Source of the DNA: Lingula anatina
Taxonomy: Eukaryota > Animalia > Brachiopoda
Length of the DNA: 64,000 nt
NCBI GenBank assembly: GCA_051362555.1
Contig: CM120641.1
Coordinates: 20,150,001 to 20,214,000 of the forward strand
Direction: 5' to 3'
This document shows, in pieces, positions 14,193-32,169 of the stretch. The stretch's first letter is position 1, and each line of letters opens with the position of its first letter. The position numbers and the translations under genes are program-made. The notes under the pieces were generated by a model. That model was not told the origin of the DNA. It saw only the letters and a list, made by a program, of their open reading frames with translations, and made no database searches.

Positions 14193-14850
14193 TTATGTAG
14201 AATCTTTTTCCTTTATCAACTGCCTGAATACGTCTACTTCTTTAATACTGGTGGATAACCTAAAAGGAAAATAATTAAGGAGGCTATGGTAATCTCAATT
14301 GCACAAGGTTGATAACAATATTTTGTTTCTCTGAACTGACCCATTAATTGATGATCTCTAGAATCAAAGCTGAAGAGAATAAAATACAAAGTGACAAATC
14401 CTTAAAATCACCATCATGCAGAGTTCACTGTACAAAGCTTTCTAGAGTTATAATAAATAAATCTAGTAACAAATAAAGTAAATATTAAATAATATAAATC
14501 ATCCACAAGACAGCAAATAATTACCTTCCAAAGGCATTAAACAATGAAACTATTTCTGATCTGCGTAGCTGGAAATTTTTCTTCTGTTGTGCGTCAACTG
14601 TGGAATCAGGGCCCATTGTATCTCCAGAGAAGAGGATTTTCAAGGCAGTACCCATACCCTGAGTCTGAAATTGTAATTAAACAATATCAAATCCTCAAAT
14701 TTTTCTTGGCCGTAACTGTAAGATATATCAAACTGTTTCATGACCTTTAATAGATTCAAAATTGACAATTTATAAATATAAATGTTTAAATCATTCGTTG
14801 TCCTGTTAAATTGCATGTGCTGTTGAAAGAATTTGTTGAATACACCTCAA

Positions 14851-14897
<47 letters not shown>

Positions 14898-17220
14898 GTA
14901 TATCCAATAAAAATTTCTAGTACATTATATATCCAAGATATTCATTGTACATAAAGTTAAAAACAACAAAAAAAAACTTCAGATCCATATTCTGGAAAAT
15001 AAGTTGGGTTTAAATACATTCAGCACTGAGAGGGATATAGGTTTTATAATTGTTTCTCTGGAAATCCACCAGCTTCTTTATCTGAAAGATTAAACTCAAG
15101 ATTCTTTTTCAGTATAAACATCTATTATCTATTCATCTACTTTTCACAAAAGACACTCAATATTAAATGAGCCATAGCATATGGTTATGAAAGACAAAGG
15201 AGACCTTCCTGTCTGGTTGTAACGTTACCACTTATCTTATTAAGACAGAGTACATACTAAGTTAAACCATCAGAATTAGGCTAGAAACGTGTCAAAAGAG
15301 TATTAATTACAAAATGTAATCTTCCTGTTGACTTTCCACCAACAACAAACACACATACCACCTGCACATAAACTAAGCATAAAATTCAAGCAAAAACTAT
15401 AAAGGATAAAAAGGTCAACCAAAAAGGTTAATGATATGTCCAAAAAATTGCTGGGTGTATACTATACATCACACACTTCCCGTAACTATTCTTGTTAAGA
15501 CATAAAAAGCAGGCTACCTAGCCAAGATGTTGCTACCTTCACATGACTTAAAGAGCAGATGTTATTCAAGATATAATTAAATGTATAATTTTAGTTAGTA
15601 AAGCCAGCTGACAGAATGTGAGTAGTAACTATATTTTCAAGGCAATATCATATTGTATAAAGATTTCCTTTTCTCATGTATTAATTACAAAAAAATACAG
15701 TGAATTTGATTATCACAGCAATTTTCTGTGGATTTTTTTTCCAAAATGTTTTTTTTTCCTTACATTTTTGTGTTAACATGACATGTTTATAATGCTAACT
15801 TGCTATATATCACAATAATAAACCTATATCAATCCTTGTCAATCTGTAAAAGTACAACTTATCTGATGTAGGTGAAGACATGATTATCAGGGAAGTTATG
15901 TGCAACTGAAATTGGGCAAATAAGCCACTCTCATGCAAAATATAAGGTATCACATCTACTGGAAAAAAAAGCAAATAATATCAATATCAGTTGCCCCTCA
16001 AGCAAATATTATATAAAAAGTTTAGTGCTGCAAAAGCTGTGGTTTTGACAGGAGGCAAACACGATTCTGTAAATGACATCTTTTACCTGCACTTTACCCC
16101 ATAATCTGCATTTCTGACATCCCACACAATTCATAATGCGATAAACCTTACGAAAAACTTGACGGAACTCTTCCTGAAATGGTTAAATGGATTATTATAA
16201 GCTGTCAAATGAGTTAAACTGTGAAACAAATTATCTCCACCATACCTGTGTCTTGCCCCATAACTTGCACTTGTCACACCCTACGCAATCCATTATTACT
16301 GATATGTTTCGAAAAAGTTTTCTGAATTCTTCCTGAAATATTTATGTTAAAGAGAGGCTAAAAAGACTGTAAATGTATGCTGATTTTTGATAACATCTGG
16401 TGGATGATAAAATTATCCACAATAATTCTATAATTTTTTGATGATACTTCACAAATATTTCATTTAATAGAAAACTATTATAACATCACTTTCCAACAGA
16501 CTCCCAAAATGCAATATTGTAATTTTTTTTGAAAAGCTAGTTGGTCTGTTCTATACACTTGCATCTTTGCATCAATGCATTTTTTTTTTCTGTTTTAGTA
16601 CATCCCGACCTATACTTAGATTTAATCTTTCAATCACAGATGATCTGATATATAGTCATTCTTTCCATCTTCAATGACATTCAGGTTGTAACCACCATAC
16701 ACATAAAGGTTTCAATTTGGTGAGTTAAGTTTACAAACAGATTTGTACAATATTATTTGTATCATTTTTGTACAGAAAGCCAAAGGGCTGGTATAAGATT
16801 AGCTCCGTCATTTGAAACTTTTCAGTGCCATAGTCACAAGGTATTGTAGCACTTGCAGGATTAAATCAAACTGAGTTGAATTACTGTGGATAATTTTATA
16901 GGAAATTATCATTCATAAAATTGTTGCTTTTATATATCCACAAGATATATTAATCATTTTTTCATCATAACAAGCAGAAAATAACTTTCACTGGTTTACT
17001 GGTTCTATCTGATATATAAAATGTATTTCATAACCAATAAAATCATATTACAACACTCTTTCATAACATTTTCTTCTAGGAATTGATACTGAAACATTTA
17101 AACATCTATCATTCCTTTGCATTTATTTGTAAATATACCAACCAACCTTTAACTGTTGGGCTTCCTTATTATTTCCTTGGAAAAGTCTACTTTCATCAAA
17201 CTGATCTGGGAATGACCTAA

Positions 17221-17255
<35 letters not shown>

Positions 17256-20106
17256 ATACAAAATATTTCAACTGAAAATTTCTTGCGACAAGTTAAACGC
17301 ACTTCATGCTTTTCTTTTAATCAAATCAATCATTCATTAGATAGTAAAGATAACTCTACAGGGCTCTATATGCACTTCCCTTTCATACAACGTGAATGCC
17401 AAGTGCCACTTTTTGATTCAAATTAGCATACCCTTTAAGATATCTAGAAAAATATTAACAGTTCTTCTCCAAACAGTTCTCCAAACTTAAATTTTAAATA
17501 TGAAAGATGAGCATACTTGATAATCTTGAGAAGATCTTTAACAGCATTTCTGGTTTCATTGTCTTCTTTTTCATCACCAGTGAAGAAATCTTCCTGAAAG
17601 ACCAAAACAGTGTAACACAATAATCCTACCTAAAAGTCTATGCTACACACATGTATCTCTCATGATATACAATGGGATATAAGAACCACTCATTTCTAGC
17701 AATTGTGAAAACCATCAATCCATTCCTTGTCTCTCTGGTTATTTGTGGTTTGTGCATTTTTCCCTATTTCAGATATCTATTAAACTAAATTCATTAATTA
17801 ATAGATTAATATCATAATGTGTTTGATTTACATACCATACAAGCATATATTATGAATTAAATTATTAAATAAAATTAACTACATAATCCTATGAATACGG
17901 TCTTGCCAATAACAAGGATTATGTTTTATTTACTTCACTTTACTATATAACATTTTTTCTTCTATTTTTTAATGCACGAGTCTGACCTGTTCTAGATATG
18001 GAGCAGCTTTTGCCAAGGCACGAAGTTCCACCAAGTATGTAAAATACAAATTCTTTAATCTCTGTGGGCCTTCTCCATTAGTTGTCTCTGGGTCAAAACG
18101 CTTCTGAAATTCTTCTACATTTGGACCCCATGTTCCTTTGCCATAACCATTTGCAGCTAGTAATACAAAGAAAATATTCATATGAGAGTAAACTGAGCAT
18201 CCTACTGGCAATCAAAACTCTTAAAATGGATTCTGATTGGATGTTTTTATTATACCAAGATGGTGGGAAAACCTTCAGTTTTCATTTTCATAAAATTCAA
18301 TATCCTTTAAACCCAGTACTGGCTTACATGCCTCATCTTGTAATGATTTTTATTACAACTAATTAATGAAAAATAAATAATATAAGCATAAAACATTTCA
18401 CACAATGCTTATCAACCACACACCTTACTGTTATTATATTTAAAAAAAATGAAAATAAAAATAAAAATAAAAAGGCCTTTATGTCTTAAAATTGTATCAT
18501 AAATGCCAACGATGCCCTTCAACCAACTAGCAGAATATAACAATTTTGTTTTGAGAGCACAGGATATGTAAGGGGGAAAACATGAATTAATTTAATTCTC
18601 AACTGAGATAAAAATATCTTCTACAACTCACCAGGCAAATAATTTTTGGCAGAGAGGTGGACATTTATGCTGGTGTGCAGTCCAGAGATCATGCGGAAGA
18701 ACACCCTCTTCTCAAGACACATCCCTTGAAAGTAAAAAAAAAAAAAAAAAAGAATTATATGTATGAAAAAAAAATACATTTAAGAGGTGTATGCTGGGAT
18801 CAGCAGCCATAATCTTGTTAGATTTTACCATTTTGTTTAAGTAATCCATGTCCTTAGAAGTGGGTCCAAACCAAATAGAGTAAATTTAAAAGTGTTTACA
18901 TAATTAACTACAACTTTTTTGTAAAGCAAATTAAATTAAAAATCACATTACGAATTTAGCCACAAATAATAAATCTATCCAAAAATTGTTCACTCACTTT
19001 ATTCTTATCTCACCATCCCAAACCTCCCTCCCAAAAATGAATAAAAAATCCACATCCAAAAAAAAAAAAAATAATAATAATAATAAAATAAAATAAAAAT
19101 AACACGAAAGAGTTCATTTATACAATTTAGAATCAACAAAACACTTCTTTTTGAAAAAAAAAAAGACAGAACAATCCAAGTTCACTGAAGGGTTACACCA
19201 AAACACCATAAACAAATTAATATCACCAGGAGACAAAGGTTTAGCTTCAAGAAAACTAAATTAAATATAAAGATCTCCCATATGCCAACATTACTGATGC
19301 AATATAATTTCACAAAGACATGGTAAACATTTAAAACTCAAATCACGTAAATTTTGTGGAAAAAAATTAAGCTTACATCTCATCTGAGAAAAGCTTCACA
19401 AAAGTTATGAAGTCATAAGCAACATCTACGTAATATTATACAATTGTTCATATGCTAAAAAGGGTGGGCTTTTTATGAAGCATTTCCCAAATGTATATAG
19501 TACACAGGACCCAGTTTCACAATGCAAGTACTTCCAGCAGAAAGGTCTACTTCAATCCAGAATATTTTTGCAGTAGTCCACAAGTTAGAAAAAATGAATC
19601 ATCAATCTAAAACATCATACAATCATTCTTACATTTTGTAAAACTTGCCCAATATTCTCACTTGAGTGGAAATACGATTATCTTGTGTAACGGCAGACTA
19701 AAACATTCTGTTTTGAAGTTAAGACCACCTTTTGACTTTGGTTCTTTAGCAAAACCAGCTCCCAGACACAAACCATCAAAAGAGATGCCACACCCACTGT
19801 TCTAATAACCTGTTACCTTTTAAGGATCCTACTGGGGTAAAGACAAAGCAAGGTTGTGATAAATAGTAACTGGCTACTCTATGCATTATGAACATTAAGC
19901 AAGCCTTTCAGTAGCTATACATACGTTATTGTCAGTTAGAGAATACAATATGCTCATAAAGATAAGAGTTAATAAAAGCAACAGTTCATAGTTGAACAAC
20001 TAAATTCAAAATGCCATAAAATACTTCTCTATCAAATTGTATAAAGTTGTGGATATTATTCATTTAATATACTTTAAGGCAAAATATTTACATAGACAGT
20101 GAGGCT

Positions 20107-20178
<72 letters not shown>

Positions 20179-23100
20179 CATTCACTTTAAAAAATAAAAG
20201 ATACAAATTCAAAAGTATGATGGTTGGTTATATAGATTTTATATCATTCTTGAAAGTTTTTGCAATTTTCATGTCAACACAAGGAATGGTTTTTTAAGTA
20301 AATGTAAATGAAATAAACATGGGGTATTCAGTACATCAAAATTACTTATTACTTTCATTCATAGCTGATACTTCAAAATGACAAAAATACAATTTGACAC
20401 TGACTGAGGAGAGACTGTATGTCAGATGGCCACAATAACTCTGACGATGATCACAAAATGGCAATGACATAGACAGATTGGTGATAGTATATATATATAC
20501 TGACACTGTGTCTGTATATAGAAATAAAGGAAATGGGAGCCTAGATCAATATCTAAAGTCTAATCTGACTTTTCATAAATTGCTGAAATGATGAGCTTAA
20601 GTCCTTATATCAAGCTGTTTTTATCTCCAGTTTTTATGTCAGTAGAGTTTTATCATGAGATGCCTAAACATAAACATGCACAAAATAAACATTTGAATAA
20701 ACAAACAAGAAGTTATACTTGGAAAATAGATAAATAATTTTCTATATGAAATGTTAGTGCACGTCACAAAAATATTAAAATACTAGACTAACAAAAAACA
20801 AAAGCACAAAAAAGAAAAAAATACTGTAGGGATTTGACACTTTTTTTTATAAATTCATTTATAAAAGAGACAGCAATCTACAAAAGAGCAACTTGAATAT
20901 GGGACTTCTATACAGTATGCACACTCATCAAATACAAAAATATATACTGTGGTAACCTCATCAAAATACAAAATAAACATAAAATAAATAGTATTACTTG
21001 GTATTTTGAATAGGCTACACGACCTTACTCATTAAATCAAGACCACTTTGTAAAGCTTTACCTTCAGCTCCTACATAAAAAATACATAAAAACCAAGAAA
21101 TAAACATTAACAATAAAAACAATGTAGCTGATACAAACTTATCTGAAAGTGAAATCAAATAATAATATGAAACAAGTAAGGTAATTTACTAACTGAATAA
21201 CAGATGTGCAAATCCTAGGTATCCTGTTTCCATAGACCTCTGTAAACTGTAGATTTTATGTGCAAAGCAAATGCTTATCAAATCCCATACCACATTAAAA
21301 TGGGTCTAAACACAGGCCTACTACCGGTGAACTATACAGCAAATACGCATACCAGTATTATTAGCATAACTGCAATGGCCAAACTGCTTTTTAGGGATTT
21401 TAGGCATTAAATGCTCTCTGGGGCAAATTCAGTAAAGCAAGGATTCAAATAATTATTAATATCATCAGCAAATATTAAAATTAGCATAGTTATCAAAGGC
21501 TTTTCTATACCCTTTACATACCTCTGGCTTCAGCTGGCCCATACCCAGGGACAGGCGTGTCAGGCCTACCGAGAAAAAAAATACTTGTAACCAAATGATT
21601 CAAATTAGTGCCTTCACTTTTATTTCCTGTAATATCAACCACTCATTAAATGATCACAGAATAAGAAAAAAACTCTGCAATAGAGATTATAGGGAGAATA
21701 TACTGATTTGAAATACCCAGGATCCATTCTTACTTAAAGCAATTCTCTTGATAAATTGTCCTCCAAATCCTCCAAGCAGACTCCCCTTTGTAACCTGTGT
21801 ACCTCTCAGGGTTCAAGGTCAGGTCAACATATTCCATGTCAGCTGAATTGTCATCTGGGAAAATAATAAAAATCATATTTGCCCAATTTCCATTAAATTA
21901 TATACTTTCATTAATTGTTTGACATAGGATGTACACAACCCTGTTCCAAATTTGAAATAATTTCTCAACAGTCAATTTAACAATTAAATCATCTCAATCG
22001 CACAGAAAATGACTTATGAAAATCAATAAATTTTTATATTATATATGTCTTTATAATCACAACCATGTCAAAATGTCTCAAAACTGGGTCATAATCTGTT
22101 TATCTTACCATCCAGCTCACAGAAATTGTCTTGAGCATCGTCATACTTTGACCAGCTTTCAAAGGATTCCCTGTCTTCAGAACTGGGAAGAAGAAAAGAA
22201 ATATGCTCGATATTAGTGTTACTTATCCAGGTGAAAATTGAGCATCAATATTTTGACAGTACTTTAATGAATTAAAAAATATTGCAGTGTCAAGAGTCTG
22301 TGTCAGGTGTGATGAAAAAAGATAGATGTATGTCATACCTGATTGTTTTATCAATACCTCCCAGCTCCTTCTGCTCCTTGCAGTCTGTATGGAGCTGCTC
22401 TTGAGCCTCTTTTGTATACTGAAATTTAAGTGATATCTTGACAATTATCTTGTGCTTTTATCTCAGGGAAAAGTGCTAAAATTTCCATGATATTTTTTAT
22501 ATATAAAGATTAAATGCTCACTGGATGCCTGTATAGTTACCTTGTTTTCTTCATGCTTTGATTCCTTGTAGCCAGGTGGTAACTGGTCCTGTAAAAAAGA
22601 TGGATGGTTTAATTAAGACACAAGATTATACTATCTGCTACTAAAAGTTAAATGTAAATTAAATTAAATGTAAAACAAGAATTCTTTAAAGCAACGTTGC
22701 ATGTATATTACTCTTGTATACAACCACAACATTTCTTTCCAGCTATCTCTTCAGCTAATTTATATAGGTATTGAGACTGAACAGAAACATAAATGCCAAA
22801 TAAATATCCCAATATAAAAATTATGTGATCTGTTGGTTATTGAAACATTTTGACCAATTAGTATTGTTTGTATACCAGTAATTACTGACTAGAAGTACTC
22901 TTTTGCTCTATGGTAATATTGTACATTACACTGATTGAATTTTATTTAAAAAAAAAACTCATTTCTGTAGAATTAAAAGTTTTGGTCTGTACTGACCAAT
23001 TAAAATTCACTACAATGTTGGCTGTGTGGCACATTTTCTAGTCAATGGCTATAACAATTTAGTTACCTTTTGTGTTTACCAATGCCACAATATACACAGA

Positions 23101-24583
23101 CCTCCAGCTTTGATGTGTGCCACCTTTTTTATTTTTACTGAAGCATACTCATAAAAATTTTATGGTTTCTAGAAAGTACAACAGCAGTTGCCATAGTTAA
23201 TAGACTGGGCCCCTGTTTCAACATTGCCAGACAGCACTACCCAGCCTTGATGAGACAGCTTTAACACAGTCAAAGATGTAATTGGCGCAACAAACTTCAA
23301 TCGTGCACCGTTGACATTCAAAAATGACCACTGACATACACGGAATTTTGAATTCGAAGAAGCTGGCCTTCGCTAGCTCTAAAACTCTGGTAAAGTAACA
23401 TAGTATAGTTCTCACCTCAGAACACTTGTCTACATGGCAGTCTCTCAAGGCACACCTACCATCATCACCCCAGAATGGACACGGTCTTTTTAAATTTACC
23501 TAAAATGAAAATTACACACCTCTTGATAAATTGGGTATAATAATAATAATAATAACAATAACAACAACAACAATAGTAATAATAACAATAGCATCCAGGT
23601 ATGATAATAATAATAATGATGATAAAAGGTATGTTGGAAAACTTATTCATGAATCCGAGTGAGTTTCATAAAATAAGGCAAGCCAAAAAATTAAACAAGT
23701 CTAACATTTTAAGATTCAGTAACAATTAATAGTACAGTAGTTCGCTTAAAAAAATTTTTTTCTGAAACTTGGGTACAACTTACTTGTTATAAAACAGGTA
23801 CAATATTTAATTCAAAGTGGACTACTACTGCTTAATTAGGGTCAAAGTCATTAATTTTTTGTCTTTAAGCTTACACCACTTTTCGAGCTACAACTGTTTT
23901 GTGAAACAGGCCCCAGAAACATGAATTAACAATACTAACAATGGCCTTTGTTTTTCAAATTTTATCTTCATTAGATTAGTAATAAAAATTCTGAATATCT
24001 CTCTGAAAGTAGTCATACAATGCCATGCCTGCTGAACTTATCTAAACTATCTTTTGAATAATATGGAAGTACTTTATGGTGTGACTAATTGTGCCATTTG
24101 TTCCATGACAGACAGTAATAAATCACTGCTAGGCCACACAATACTTCTTACCTGTTGCTGCTACCTTTTGAAGAATCAAACATTTTGAAGAATCATTCTG
24201 AACCAAATTGATTGGCAGTCTAGTTGAAATTTAAAATGGTAACAGAAGTAAAATAGGATGTATTCCCTTTTTCTTTCTGAAAGTCTTTGACTCACCTTGA
24301 AGAATCTAAAATAATCTTTATTTAGAAGGCTGTGGAGTCTGGGGAAAATCTTCAGATTATTAAAAGAATCCAAGCTTTCTATTTTACATGAGCAGTCATC
24401 TACTTCTCCTTTTAACTGAAAATATAATGTTTGTAATTTGTTCAGTTTTCAATGAATGTATTGAAATTAAATGGAGAATTGAATGTAAAAAAAGTAAAGT
24501 CATTAAAGATTAATTTACCTGTACAGATCAAATTAATAGATTAATTTTATTTCACTTAACTGAAAACACAAAATAATGTCTCC

Positions 24584-24667
<84 letters not shown>

Positions 24668-27039
24668 CATTTTTTCTTTATTTTTTTCATCAATAAAATT
24701 AGGTAAATTATCTGTTAATAATAGAATGAATATAATAAAAAAACTGAAAATGCAAAGCGTTCATAAAAAGAAATTCTCATAACTGAAATTCCCGGAAAAC
24801 TTAATAATAGAATAAATATTCTGAAAAATCCATATCCAGACTGCAAGTGAAAAGTATAAAAAATATATATGAAGTGCCCTGATAAAGCAGATAAAGCAGA
24901 ATCTTGAATATTATCTATTTGGGTCATTTCCCAAAATCTTTCAACTATTGTTAAGCTAAAAATGTTATGATCAATAAATCAGTGTGGTCACCTGTCACCC
25001 CTAATAACAATTGTTTCGCCTTCTGTTATCAGGTTTGAAACAAAAATTAAATATAGTTGTGCCCATCTCCATAATGCAATTAAAACAAAGCATTTACTTA
25101 CAGGAATCTAATGAGTGCATCATGTATTTTATATAAAAAGATTAATCACATAAATGTTCATGCTAAACAAACAAACAAAAGCAACAGAGGAACATGTTAA
25201 TTAATAAAAACATAAAAACATAAATTCTACAGCAGCATAGAGTGGGCAGAATAATCCTTTCAGCCTGAGTTTCATAGCCAACATGGACACTGTGCTTGTT
25301 TCAATGCATGCCCACTTGTTATTTCTAAGCTTTAGTAGCAGTTATTTGGAATTTACCGTGCAAATCAAAAATGTTAGGGACTTGTATCAACTTTGTCACA
25401 TGACTTTTTCAAAACCACAAAATCTGGATAAGCTGGATAACTGGGAGAGCCTCTGAGATTGGCTTGACAACCTTTAATATGTTTACTAGTACATGTATTA
25501 TCAAATCTACTTCCCATTTCTAATTTCAGACACTGAAAACAATAAAAAGCATCTGCAGTCAATATTTATTTCTGTACAGGAAGACAAGGTGGTCTAATAT
25601 ACTGGTAAGTTATTTAGAATTAAATTATTTCATCAAAAATGCTATAAAACATCTAAATCACGTGCAACGTGCAGGGAGGGGTTGAGCAATGGTTTTTGAG
25701 TAAAAGAAATATATACATAGTTTTTTTTAAAAGGGAATTCTGATTTGGTGGGAAAATCTTGCAAAAGATACCTTTAACAGAAAACAACCAGAAAAATATC
25801 CCTGGAAAAATTCTGTCAGCTTTTATGTGTTGCTGCACTGCAATCACTACTCTGCTATTATTTCTAACCCCACTCTCTCCACATCCTGCAAAATCTTCCC
25901 TCGAGTCGACCTTGGACTCTTGAGCCACTCACACGCTCAATTCATACCGTCCAGCTCGTATCCCTTTTGTTTTGGAGGAGAATTTAACAGGCTACAGCAT
26001 CTTAGACTGAACAGTGATTCTGGATACCATCCTACTTGACACAAGCGAGACACTTATGATCAAGCATGAGACTATAAAGCCGAGATGGCTCATATCATTC
26101 ACAATGGCGAGACACCATTGATGAAACCTCACTAAACAAAGGAGAGACACCTTTGCTTACCGACCCCCTCCGTCCCAAATTTTTTCTTTTTTTATTTCTG
26201 ACTCTGCAGCTGATGAAGGTCATTTGTTGACCGAAAAGCACTTTCTGCAACCAGTCCACCCTCCCCTTTTCCCCCCAACAGGCAAGACACCTCTATTGTA
26301 CCAATCAATCTTTTCAGGGCACCCTATGTATATCGGTATCTACAGGTATATAAATCTCATACTAGGTAGGCGAGACACCTACCTTCCTATCAGAGACAAT
26401 CTTTCCTCATAATAAAGGCGAGAAGCCTAACACACTTTAAAAGCCGCTTTCAACTCTGCAAAGGGCACTATCAAAACACATGTCCTCAGAGGCCCAGCTC
26501 TGAATCGTGTTATTTTGGTAAAGTGGAATCTAACTAGGGCAAGAGCCGACCACCCCCAACACAAAGTATCAATATTTTGGGCCATTTCAGATCCCATTAG
26601 GCTACATAAACTGCTATCAGATGTCCTCAGCCATCTGACACATTGACTGACAATGATTCATAAATTGTTATCACTTAATATCATCCCAACCTATATTTTA
26701 AAATTTAACATATAGTCTAAGACTCTTTAGAAAATTCATTTTAAAAGCTAAAATAAAATGTCATGGAAGGAAAACACTCTTTAAACTCATAAACCTTAAG
26801 CTCACTTTGTTAAAATGTTGAATTATTTCTAAATGTTTGTTCTAAGTGTTTGGAGAGTTGTGCAAAAATCAATGTTTTCATCTTGGACATGTACATCTCA
26901 ATGTCATTCATTCGTTGTCAATGTCAGCGTATACAGTAGTACTCACCTTACAAAAGCAATCTTTTTCGTCTGCTGACAAAGTGACTGTCACTCCTAGGAC
27001 AACGTATGCCGTCAGAATCCCAAGCTTTGGAAGCCACAT
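14193..27039 (-). CDS. ERO1L: ERO1-like ER oxidoreductin. Exons 27039-26947, 24415-24296, 23499-23416, 22588-22541, 22418-22339, 22182-22109, 21854-21734, 21565-21522, [21070-21062 or 21070-21029], [19831-19817], 18724-18632, 18156-17987, 17593-17517, 17216-17147, 16332-16246 (or 16173-16087), 14664-14525, 14259-14193
   Basis: Signal peptide plus [14 protein letters not shown]; shuttle region [17 protein letters not shown]; [16 protein letters not shown]; [22 protein letters not shown]; [19 protein letters not shown]; active site [29 protein letters not shown]. All intron phases are consistent. Confidence 0.95.
14854..14894. repeat. (CA)n microsatellite
   Basis: Direct reading. Confidence 0.95.
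16087..16173 (-). CDS. ERO1L: Duplicate ERO1 active-site exon (alternative exon B)
   Basis: 87 nt, flanked by TTTCAG and GTAAAA, phase 0/0. Encodes [29 protein letters not shown], homologous to exon 16332-16246. Confidence 0.85.
17218..17258. repeat. (TAAA)n microsatellite forming the polypyrimidine tract of an ERO1 acceptor on the - strand
   Basis: Direct reading; abuts the acceptor AG at 17218-17217. Confidence 0.9.
20108..20176. repeat. (CA)n microsatellite
   Basis: Direct reading. Confidence 0.95.
24586..24663. repeat. (AT)n microsatellite
   Basis: Direct reading. Confidence 0.95.
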
Positions 27040-27464
27040 TTTTTCTGTAATATTATTATCTATATTTAAACTATTATGCTGTTCTAGAAATTCTCTCCCA
27101 GCTGTCTTGTTGTTTATAATCGAGCGACAACCTTCCGGGAAATATCTTCGCCAAAAAAATAAATCCTTAAATGTTGCAAAGAAATGAAATCGTTAAAATT
27201 CAAGATCAAAGCACAGATTGACAGGCTTCTTGTTTGCTGAGTGCAAGCGCTACAAGTATATTCTACCTTTATAAGATTCCTTCCAACATATGCGCTAAGC
27301 AATATTATTTTTGGCTCAGGCGTACGTGGCGCTCGCAAAACCGGTATTGAAAACGAGGCTGAGGGGAATTCCGTCGCCATTTGTCATTTGTAAACACGAA
27401 CACGTGTATTCAAGCACGTCTGTTAAATTAATCAGTATATAGGCGCCATACAAACGCTATCGAC
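27040..27464. promoter_or_regulatory. Bidirectional promoter / 5' UTRs of ERO1L (-) and NDUFAF7 (+)
   Basis: The two start codons are 425 bp apart head-to-head. Locally CpG-enriched. YY1-like CGCCATTTG at 27375; ACGTG cores at 27323, 27401 and 27415. Confidence 0.7.
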
Positions 27465-32072
<4,608 letters not shown>

Positions 32073-32095
32073 GGAATTCCGCCAAATACTCCTAC

Positions 32096-32169
32096 GGGAC
32101 TGAGTGGGAGTCGAACCCACTCCACCGTGTGTGGCAGCCAAGGACATTACCACTTGGCCAGTAAATCTT
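32096..32169 (-). repeat. tRNA-derived (tRNA-Gly-like) SINE head or tRNA pseudogene just after the NDUFAF7 stop
   Basis: The - strand has an A-box TGGCCAAGTGG, a CT-GCC-A loop and a T-arm GTGGG-TTCGACT-CCCAC (B-box). The acceptor and anticodon stems do not pair, so it is not a functional tRNA. Confidence 0.55.

Noticed and set aside
14260-14369. Alternative upstream acceptor for the ERO1 last exon (TTCTCTTCAG at 14370)
   Set aside because: The resulting peptide has no resemblance to the conserved RLSxSI terminal helix, which the 14259 acceptor supplies.
24576-24782. ORFs with YIYIYI or poly-Y/C/I tracts (also 23465-23650)
   Set aside because: They are translations of microsatellites.
32096-32169. 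Functional tRNA-Gly(GCC)
   Set aside because: The acceptor and anticodon stems do not base-pair; kept only as a tRNA-derived repeat.
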